Shown piece after piece: positions 21,313 to 27,785 of a stretch of 45,904 bases of DNA. The notes beneath the pieces were generated by a model. That model made no database searches and was not told the origin of the DNA. It saw nothing but the letters and a program-made list of their open reading frames with translations. Within the stretch, counting starts at the first letter, position 1, and each line of letters opens with the position of its first letter. Both the position numbers and the translations under genes were made by a program. This DNA is from Deltaproteobacteria bacterium (GTDB lineage: Bacteria; Desulfobacterota; Deferrimicrobia; Deferrimicrobiales; Deferrimicrobiaceae), in contig JAGGAJ010000001.1 in assembly GCA_017889845.1 (NCBI GenBank), positions 1 to 45,904 of the forward strand, read 5' to 3'.

Positions 21313-22973
21313 ATCCGCTCCGGGGCGGTCACGCCGATCAGGGAAAGCCCCGTCGCGACCACCGTCCGCACGGCGAGGGCCAGGGCCAGCCGTGCCTGCG
21401 TCCGCTCCGGCGTTTCCCCCAGGAAACGGTGCTGGTGATAGAAGGCGTGGAACAGGTCTGCCACCTCCAGCAGGTAGAAGGGGATCCGGTGGGGTTCCAG
21501 CGTCTTCACGCACTCGGAGACCACGTCGGGGAAGCGGGCGACGGCCTTCATCAGCCGCGTCTCCTCCGGAAGGGTGAGGATGGACAGGGGGGGGTGCTCC
21601 CCCAGCGTCTCTCCCCGTCCTTCCGCTTCGCGGAAGATGCTGCTGATCCGGGCGTGGACGTACTGGATGTAGTAGACCGGGTTGTTGCGGGACTGCGTTT
21701 TCGCGAGCGTGAGGTCGAAGTCGAGGTGCGTGTGGTAGCTCCGCAGCAGGTAAAAGAACCGGGCGGCGTCCACACCCACCTCGTCGAGCACCTCCCGCAG
21801 GGTGGTGAACTCGCCGGAGCGGGTGGACATCTGCACGGCCTTGCCGTCCCGGATCAGCGTGACGAACTGGATGAGGAGCACCGTGAGGCGGCCGTCATCC
21901 TCCCCCAGCCCCTTCAGCGCCGCCCGTAGCCTGGATACGTACCCGTGGTGGTCGGCACCCCAGATGTCGATCATCCGGGAATACCCCTCCGCCACCTTGC
22001 GGCTGTGGTACCCGATGTCCGCGGCGAAGTACGTGGTCCTCCCGTCCCCCCGCACGAGCACGCGGTCCTTCTCGTCCCCGAGCTCCGCGCTGCGGAAGTA
22101 GGTGGCTCCCTCCGATTCGTACACCTGCCCGCGATCCCGCAGCTTCGCGAGTGCCGCGGTCACTTCCCCGCTGGCGTGGAGCTCCTGTTCCGGAAACCAC
22201 CTGTCGTACGACACCCGGAACGCGGCGAGATCCTCCCGGATACCGCGAAGGATCCGGTCCCCGGCCTCCCTCCGGAAAAAGGGGAGCGCCGACTCATCCG
22301 CCGCGTCCGCGTACCGGTCTCCCACCTCCGCCCGCACCGCCTCCGCGAGTTCGACCATGTACTCCCCGCGGTACCCGTCCTCCGGCAGGATGGAAGGCCT
22401 GCCGCACGCTTCCCGGTAACGGGCCAGGAGGGACCTCCCGAGGTTGTCCATCTGGTTGCCCACATCGTTGACGTAATACTCCCGCACCACCCGGTGTCCC
22501 GTGAACTCGAGGATCCGCGCCAGCGCGTCGCCGACGGCGGCTCCGCGGCCGTGGCCGACGTGCAGGGGGCCCGTCGGGTTCGCGGATACGAACTCCAGAT
22601 GGACGGCCTGGCCCGCCCCGACGCGGGACGACCCGAAACGCGGCCCCGCCGCGAGCGCCCTGGCGAGGGTTTCCCGCCACACGTCCTCGGACAGGAAGAT
22701 GTTGATGAACCCGGGGCCGGCGACTTCGAGGGAGGCGATCCGCCCTTCACGGTCTTCCTCCCGGAGCGCGGCGACGAGCTCGGCGGCGATCTCCCGCGGC
22801 TTCCGGTGGAGGTGCCGCGCGACCTGCATCGCCGCGTTGGTGGAGAAATCGCCGTGCGATTCCTGGCGGGGGATCTCCACCGACACGGGGAGTTCCACCT
22901 CCATGCCCCACCCCCCCCGTTTCCTCCGCACCGCGGAGAGAACGAGGGACTCCACGATCTGCCGGACGTCCAA
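21309..22973 (-). CDS. argS: arginine--tRNA ligase
   Basis: 554 aa. Class I motifs ANPTGPLHVGHGR and MSTRSG, plus a C-terminal anticodon-binding domain. Apparent TTG start preceded by GAGG. Confidence 0.93.
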   Translation of the reverse strand: MDVRQIVESLVLSAVRRKRGGWGMEVELPVSVEIPRQESHGDFSTNAAMQVARHLHRKPREIAAELVAALREEDREGRIASLEVAGPGFINIFLSEDVWRETLARALAAGPRFGSSRVGAGQAVHLEFVSANPTGPLHVGHGRGAAVGDALARILEFTGHRVVREYYVNDVGNQMDNLGRSLLARYREACGRPSILPEDGYRGEYMVELAEAVRAEVGDRYADAADESALPFFRREAGDRILRGIREDLAAFRVSYDRWFPEQELHASGEVTAALAKLRDRGQVYESEGATYFRSAELGDEKDRVLVRGDGRTTYFAADIGYHSRKVAEGYSRMIDIWGADHHGYVSRLRAALKGLGEDDGRLTVLLIQFVTLIRDGKAVQMSTRSGEFTTLREVLDEVGVDAARFFYLLRSYHTHLDFDLTLAKTQSRNNPVYYIQYVHARISSIFREAEGRGETLGEHPPLSILTLPEETRLMKAVARFPDVVSECVKTLEPHRIPFYLLEVADLFHAFYHQHRFLGETPERTQARLALALAVRTVVATGLSLIGVTAPERM

Positions 22974-23012
22974 TCGCCGCCTCGTAGGGAAAATGGCAAT
23001 AAAGTAGGTAGT

Positions 23013-25169
23013 TTATTCCGTACGAGGGGGGGTGTCAACGCGCCCCGGGTAGACCGTCACCCGGTCCCTTCCCCGGTTCTTGGACATGTAGAGAGCCTCG
23101 TCCGCCCGCTTCAGAAGTTCCTCCGCCCCGGCCCCGTGGTCCGGGGAGCAGGCGATTCCAAAGGATGCCGTTACGGTCACTTCCCGGCCCTCGTGCAGGA
23201 AACGGGCCTGCCGGATCATCCTCCGGCACCGCTCGGCTACCTCCCGGGCGTGCTCCGGGTCTGTCATGTGCAGGTAAAGCGCGAACTCCTCCCCTCCGTA
23301 GCGTCCCGTCGAATCCCCTTTCCGAACGGCTTTTCCCAGGATGCCCGCGACCCGGCGCAGCACTTCGTCCCCGAAGGGGTGCCCGTACGAGTCGTTGATC
23401 CGCTTGAAATGGTCGATGTCCAGCATGACCACCGCGCACGGGTGGCGGCCGTCGATCCGGGCAAGATCCTCCGCGAGGCGCGCGAGGAACGACTTCCGGT
23501 TCGATAATCCCGTCAATCCGTCCGTGGTCGCCCGTCGGGTCAGCGCCTCCAGATGCTCGACGTGGGAAAGCCCGAGCTGCATCACCTCCGCGATGTCCCG
23601 GACGATATCGGCATGCTCGCGGTGGAACCGGCGCTCCTCCGCGTGGGTGCAGACGATCGCCCCGCGGAAACCGCCGGGGACCCCGGTGGGAAAGACGATG
23701 AACGACCGCTCGCCCTGCACCTGCCATCCCGCCGGCAGGACATTCTGGGGCCTTTGCGATCCCTGCGAACCGGAGAAGAGACGCTGGGTTCCGGTGCGGA
23801 TCACCCAGCCCACGTAGGAATCCCCCAAGGGTACGGCAGCCTCCTCGCCCCGCCCTCCCCGTCCTGTCTCCTCCCGGACGAGAAGCCCCTTCCGGCCCCC
23901 CTCGTCCGATGCGATCAGGAGCACACGGGCCGCACCCACCTGGATCCGCACCTGCGAGGCCGCCTCGGCGTACACCCTTTCGCGTCGCGTCCGGATATCC
24001 TCGTCGCCTTCCTCCGCGCCGGGAAGCCGTACCTCCGCCATCTTCCGGACCATCCGGTGATACCAGTCCTCCCGGAGGAGGTGCCGCTCGCCGCGGTGGA
24101 GCGCCCGAACCCTCTCGATTTCCCGCCCGACGAAGAAGGCCACCAGCTCCATCAGGGGGATCACGGGCCCCTCCCAGCGTCCCTCTCCTTCCCGGACGGC
24201 CAGCAGGACTCCCTCGGGCTCGCCCTCGCGCAGGACCGGGACGGCGGCGACGCCGGTGGGGCGGATTCCATGTCCCGTCAGGGCGGGTCCGTAGCGCCCG
24301 GCGTCCTGCCCTTCCGAAAAGAACGGTCGTCGGAAGACGGTCGCCTCCCGCACGGGGAGGTACGATTCGGGAACGATGAACTCCACCGGGGCCCGGCCTC
24401 CGGAGCTCACGAAAACGCCCTCCAGGTGCGCGCTTCCCGGAGCGTGCGAGGGGAGGAGGTAGGCGGCGTGCGAGGCTCCGGTGAGCGGCAGAACCGTCTC
24501 CAGGGACCGGCGGACCCCATCCCGCAATTCGACCTCCCGTCGCAGCAGCGCCGCCCCTTCGGCCACCCTCTCCCCCGGTTTCTGCGATTCCCCGGGGGGG
24601 TCTTCCCGAGTGAGAACCATCGCGCGGCCCCGCGCGATCGCTTCCCGGGCAGGGTCCCTTGTTTCCGGCAGGCGTCCGACCCTGCGGCGAACGAATGCAC
24701 CGGCCGTGCACGCCATCGCCGCCATGGCGAACGTCGCCCACCCTTCCGCCGCGGCCAGGCCTTGCCCGCGGACCATCGCCGGGAACCAGGCGGCGCAGGC
24801 AAGCGCGGCGGGGACGGCGAGATACGGCGGCAGGAGCAGCCCGAGGAGGAAGAACAGGGCGGCGGGTACGGTCCGGCTCTTCGCGACGGCGGGAACGATG
24901 ACGTGGATCTCGAGGGCCGCTACCCCCGCCCAGACGAGGATCGATTCGCGGTCCGGCAGCCGGCCTTCCACCTGCCGTTTCCGGAAATTCCAGGCGAAAA
25001 CCGAAAGGAACAGGAGAAAGCCCGGTGCCGCCGCCGCGAGGAACGCGGGACCCTCCGGGTACCTGTCCCGCAGGAAGATCAGGGCGAGGAGGTACGGCGG
25101 GGCGAGAAAGGCCGCCCAGTGCCTACGGGCGACCAGTGCCGGATTTCGCGGACGGTTGGGCGGGGGCAT
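23013..25169 (-). CDS. membrane-bound GAF-domain diguanylate cyclase (GGDEF)
   Basis: 718 aa. The N-terminus has about 5 hydrophobic segments, and the central region is GAF-like. The C-terminal GGDEF domain reads LTGLSNRKSF...DIDHFKRINDSYGH...RYGGEEF, with an RKGD I-site (RxxD) 5 residues upstream of GGEEF. Confidence 0.85.
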   Translation of the reverse strand: MPPPNRPRNPALVARRHWAAFLAPPYLLALIFLRDRYPEGPAFLAAAAPGFLLFLSVFAWNFRKRQVEGRLPDRESILVWAGVAALEIHVIVPAVAKSRTVPAALFFLLGLLLPPYLAVPAALACAAWFPAMVRGQGLAAAEGWATFAMAAMACTAGAFVRRRVGRLPETRDPAREAIARGRAMVLTREDPPGESQKPGERVAEGAALLRREVELRDGVRRSLETVLPLTGASHAAYLLPSHAPGSAHLEGVFVSSGGRAPVEFIVPESYLPVREATVFRRPFFSEGQDAGRYGPALTGHGIRPTGVAAVPVLREGEPEGVLLAVREGEGRWEGPVIPLMELVAFFVGREIERVRALHRGERHLLREDWYHRMVRKMAEVRLPGAEEGDEDIRTRRERVYAEAASQVRIQVGAARVLLIASDEGGRKGLLVREETGRGGRGEEAAVPLGDSYVGWVIRTGTQRLFSGSQGSQRPQNVLPAGWQVQGERSFIVFPTGVPGGFRGAIVCTHAEERRFHREHADIVRDIAEVMQLGLSHVEHLEALTRRATTDGLTGLSNRKSFLARLAEDLARIDGRHPCAVVMLDIDHFKRINDSYGHPFGDEVLRRVAGILGKAVRKGDSTGRYGGEEFALYLHMTDPEHAREVAERCRRMIRQARFLHEGREVTVTASFGIACSPDHGAGAEELLKRADEALYMSKNRGRDRVTVYPGRVDTPPRTE

Positions 25170-25476
25170 CCTGCCGCCGGGGTACGACGATGACTTTCTC
25201 CCTGTCCTTGATGAGGCCGAGCTTGCGCGCCTCTTCCTCGATGACCGCCGGGTTGCTCCGCAGGTCGTCCATTTCCCGTTTCAGGCGGGAGTTCTCCTCC
25301 CGCAGCTGCTCAACCTCGGACATCAATTGGCGCTCCTTGCTCCGGAGTCGCCAGGTGTCGACGAGCCCCATGTCCCGGAACAGGGAAATGAGCAATCCCG
25401 CCGCCACGAGGCCGGCGGCAAGGAGGATGGGAAGGCGGCGCTTCCAGCGTTCGGTGTCTTTCCGCGTTTCCGTCAT
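25123..25476 (-). CDS. ftsB: septum formation initiator (FtsB/DivIC family)
   Basis: About 117 aa, with a single TM segment (LPILLAAGLVAAGLLISLF) followed by a coiled coil (SEVEQLREENSRLKREMDDL) and EEEARKLGL. ATG at 25476, with a GTG one codon upstream at 25479. Confidence 0.75.
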   Translation of the reverse strand: MTETRKDTERWKRRLPILLAAGLVAAGLLISLFRDMGLVDTWRLRSKERQLMSEVEQLREENSRLKREMDDLRSNPAVIEEEARKLGLIKDREKVIVVPRRQDAPAQPSAKSGTGRP

Positions 25477-25538
25477 CACCGTGTCATCTTATCGGAAATC
25501 GCCGCGGGATTGTCCCTGTTCTTCCCGTTCCCCGAAAA

Positions 25539-26786
25539 TCAGAAATCCACGGCGACGGTCCCGGTGGTGCCCCCGGAACCGCTCCCTCCTCCGCCTCCCC
25601 CTGCCGCAACGGCGATCGCGACGGCGACGGAAACGACGGCCGCCCAGAGCCAGAAACTTCCGTACCAGGGGCTCTCTCGGCGTTCGGTCCCGACCGGGGG
25701 CCAGCCAGCCGACAGCATCCGTTCCGCCGCCCACTTCGCGGCTGCGCTCGCGGACTGTTTCCCCGGGGACAGCGTCTTCTCTCCGATCGGGACTGCGTCG
25801 CCGCCGGCCGGAGGCCTCGCGTAGAGCCTCGCCCGGAGAGCATCGCCGGTTTCCCCTCTCTCCAGCACGAGGACCGCCATCCTCCCGACGCCCGCCGCGG
25901 CGGCGATCTCCGTCAGGATGGGACCGGACCCGGATCCGCGCAGGGGACCGCCGATGATCTCCCCGAGCCGCGCGATTCGGTCCCCCGGTAATGTGATCTC
26001 CAGGATCTCGGAGTCTCCCGGCAGCCATTGACCCTCCCGCGTCGCATCCCGGTATCCGGGATGAATCAGCCGGATCCGATGCGGCCCCGGGGACGCGATC
26101 CGGACCCTCGAGGGCGTCGTTCCGCGCTTCTCCCCGTCCACGAAGATCTGTGCTCCGGGGGGAAGGGATCGCACGAGCAATTCGGCCTCCGGCGGGGGGC
26201 GGGCGGCCGCCCGTGCCCACGCCGAGAGGACCTGCGGGGGAAAGAGCGCGGGATCCGGAGAGAAACCCGGACGGAGGGCTCGCGAGCGGGCGAGGTACGC
26301 TTCCGCCGATGCGGTGTCCCCTTCCCAGAGCATCAGCATCCCCTTCCGGAGGAAAATCTCGAAGAGAAATGGACGGATCGCCTCATCGAAACGGAACGAC
26401 CGGGCCTCCCGTTCAGCTTCCTCCAGGAGGACCCGGGCATTTGTCCACTCCACCGCTTCCATGCTGGTGGAAGCGGCAGACAGTTTCCCAGCGATTCCAC
26501 GGAGGGCGGCGTCGTCCGGCAAAGGGAGACGGGCGGGTTCTTCGGGTTCTGCTGCGGGCTCCACCGGCGCGGGAACCCACAGGACGGACACCTCTTCCTT
26601 GAGGAGGGCCGGGAGCGGGTCGATGATCTCCCGCGCCGCCGCATCGGGTACCCCCGGAGAGACGTACTTCAGCAGCAGGGCGGCCTCCGCGGCCGATTCC
26701 GCCGCGCGGGCCGAGCCGGACACCAGCCCCTGCGCGAGCAGCGTGCCGCAGAGGAAGACCGCGACGGCGCGAGTGTACCGTCTCAT
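25539..26786 (-). CDS. secreted PEGA-domain protein with C-terminal TM segment
   Basis: ORF 25539..26972 trimmed to the ATG at 26786 (MRRYTRAVAVFLCGTLLAQGLVSGSARA, a signal-peptide-like start). PEGA-like segment LVRSLPPGAQIFVDGEKRGTTPSRVRIASPGPHRIRLIHPGY. The C-terminus is hydrophobic (FWLWAAVVSVAVAIAVAA) followed by a Gly/Ser tail. Confidence 0.7.
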   Translation of the reverse strand: MRRYTRAVAVFLCGTLLAQGLVSGSARAAESAAEAALLLKYVSPGVPDAAAREIIDPLPALLKEEVSVLWVPAPVEPAAEPEEPARLPLPDDAALRGIAGKLSAASTSMEAVEWTNARVLLEEAEREARSFRFDEAIRPFLFEIFLRKGMLMLWEGDTASAEAYLARSRALRPGFSPDPALFPPQVLSAWARAAARPPPEAELLVRSLPPGAQIFVDGEKRGTTPSRVRIASPGPHRIRLIHPGYRDATREGQWLPGDSEILEITLPGDRIARLGEIIGGPLRGSGSGPILTEIAAAAGVGRMAVLVLERGETGDALRARLYARPPAGGDAVPIGEKTLSPGKQSASAAAKWAAERMLSAGWPPVGTERRESPWYGSFWLWAAVVSVAVAIAVAAGGGGGGSGSGGTTGTVAVDF

Positions 26787-26934
26787 AAATAGCTTGCGCA
26801 CCGAGAGCGTCGATGCGCTGCGCCTGCGAGGCGCCACAAGTGAAGGCGTACTGGGAGAGTACGGCGAACTTGTGCAACGAAGCTGGAGCGGATGCAGCGG
26901 CGCTCGAATGCCAAGATATTTGTGAGACGGTGCA
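26787..26934 (-). other. structured, lower-GC intergenic spacer (several consecutive hairpins)
   Basis: Stems seen: CACAAGT/ACTTGTG (26835-26874, with inner CGTAC/GTACG), GCGCCT-gcg-AGGCGC (26820-26834), and GCGCA/TGCGC (26796-26817). None is followed by a U-tract and there is no clear SD before the downstream ATG. Confidence 0.4.
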
Positions 26935-27582
26935 CTATGCCTGCTTGACGTAGATCTCATCCGTGATGTCACGGTCCACCGCCACCGTGGTCTGCCCGAT
27001 CTGGATGACGAAGGACGGATTCCGCTGCAGGAGACGGAGGCGGCTCCCGGGCACGATCCCCAGGGCGGAAAGCTTCTCCAGCCGCTTCCTCGACTTCGGT
27101 GTGATGAAGACGATCCGGACGGGCACGCCCAGTGACGCGTCGGACAGGCGGGTGACCAGGGGCCGGATCTCCGTGCGGATGCGGTCGCAGCACTCTCCCC
27201 GCGGGATCGGTCGCCCGTGCGGGCAGACCGGAGGATGCCCCAGGAAGGTGCATACGCTCTCCGTCACGGGCTCGGAGAGAATGTGCTCGAACTGGCAGGC
27301 GCTGCTCTCGAGCTGCAGGTTGTCGAGCTCGAACAGATTGTGGAGGAGCACCTCCGCAAGCCGGTGGCGCCGGATGATGCCGCGGGCACGCTCCTCCCCG
27401 CGGGTCGTCAGCCGGACGTCCTCGCCGGACGCCACGATGTGCCCCGAGGTGTGAAGTTCCTCGAGGAGCGCCTCGGGGCGGTCCTCCGCCGTGGAGCGGA
27501 GGAGTTCGGCCCGGGTGGCCTTCCCTTCTTCCCGGAGCGTCCAGAGCAGTTCGAGGATCTCGTCCTGTCCGTACTGGGTCAT
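26935..27582 (-). CDS. DtxR/IdeR/MntR-family metal-dependent transcriptional repressor with C-terminal SH3-like (FeoA-type) domain
   Basis: ORF 26935..27702 trimmed to Met41 (MTQYGQDEILELLWTLREEG...). Contains RRHRLAEVLL and CPHGRPIP. The C-terminal region VRIVFI...LGIVPGSRLRLLQ resembles the FeoA/SH3 fold. ATGA overlap with the upstream small ORF. Confidence 0.8.
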   Translation of the reverse strand: MTQYGQDEILELLWTLREEGKATRAELLRSTAEDRPEALLEELHTSGHIVASGEDVRLTTRGEERARGIIRRHRLAEVLLHNLFELDNLQLESSACQFEHILSEPVTESVCTFLGHPPVCPHGRPIPRGECCDRIRTEIRPLVTRLSDASLGVPVRIVFITPKSRKRLEKLSALGIVPGSRLRLLQRNPSFVIQIGQTTVAVDRDITDEIYVKQA

Positions 27583-27785
27583 GCGCGCGTTCCCTTCGGG
27601 AAAAGCGATTTCAGGAAGTCGATCACCTTCGATTCGGGCATTGGGAAAGAGTACCGGCATCGCGGGCAGCAGACAAGGGAGCAGCTTTTCCCCATGGGGC
27701 AACCGGTCCGGCAGCCGCGGTCGGAAGGGTCGAACACGTGCTGGCAGAGCGGACAGCGGATGTTCCCGGGCTTTCTTCCTTCCAT
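27579..27785 (-). CDS. 68-aa Cys-rich protein (8 Cys; putative zinc-ribbon / Fe-S mini-protein), unannotated
   Basis: Equals the last 68 codons of track ORF 27579..29468: MEGRKPGNIRCPLCQHVFDPSDRGCRTGCPMGKSCSLVCCPRCRYSFPMPESKVIDFLKSLFPKGTRA. Third-position G+C is about 74%, like neighbouring genes. The ATG shares one base with the feoB TGA, and its own TGA overlaps the dtxR-like ATG. Confidence 0.65.
   Translation of the reverse strand: MEGRKPGNIRCPLCQHVFDPSDRGCRTGCPMGKSCSLVCCPRCRYSFPMPESKVIDFLKSLFPKGTRA

Noticed and set aside
22980-23027. An inverted repeat CCTCGTA...TACGAGG with inner AATAAA/TTTATT around the GGDEF stop codon, considered as a terminator between the cyclase and argS.
   Set aside because: The inner stem is all A-U. 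The outer stem encloses a large asymmetric loop, and the trailing U-run is short and interrupted. It is too weak to call. It may just be the AT-rich argS ribosome-binding region.
25539-25610. The C-terminus of the PEGA protein, considered as a PEP-CTERM, GlyGly-CTERM or LPXTG sorting signal, or as an OMP beta-signal.
   Set aside because: The motif order is wrong: the helix precedes the Gly-rich stretch and there is no basic tail. There is no PEP or LPXTG motif. A terminal Phe alone is insufficient for a beta-barrel signal.
26895-26915. A sigma-54-like TTGGCAT on the minus strand in the dtxR-PEGA spacer.
   Set aside because: There is no GC dinucleotide or TTGC element at the required 10-nt distance from the GG, so it does not fit the -24/-12 geometry.
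26935-27150. The FeoA-like C-terminal region of the DtxR-family protein, considered as a fused stand-alone FeoA.
   Set aside because: Full-length DtxR/IdeR proteins normally end in an SH3-like domain of this type, so it is not by itself evidence of a FeoA fusion. It matters only because no separate feoA exists here.
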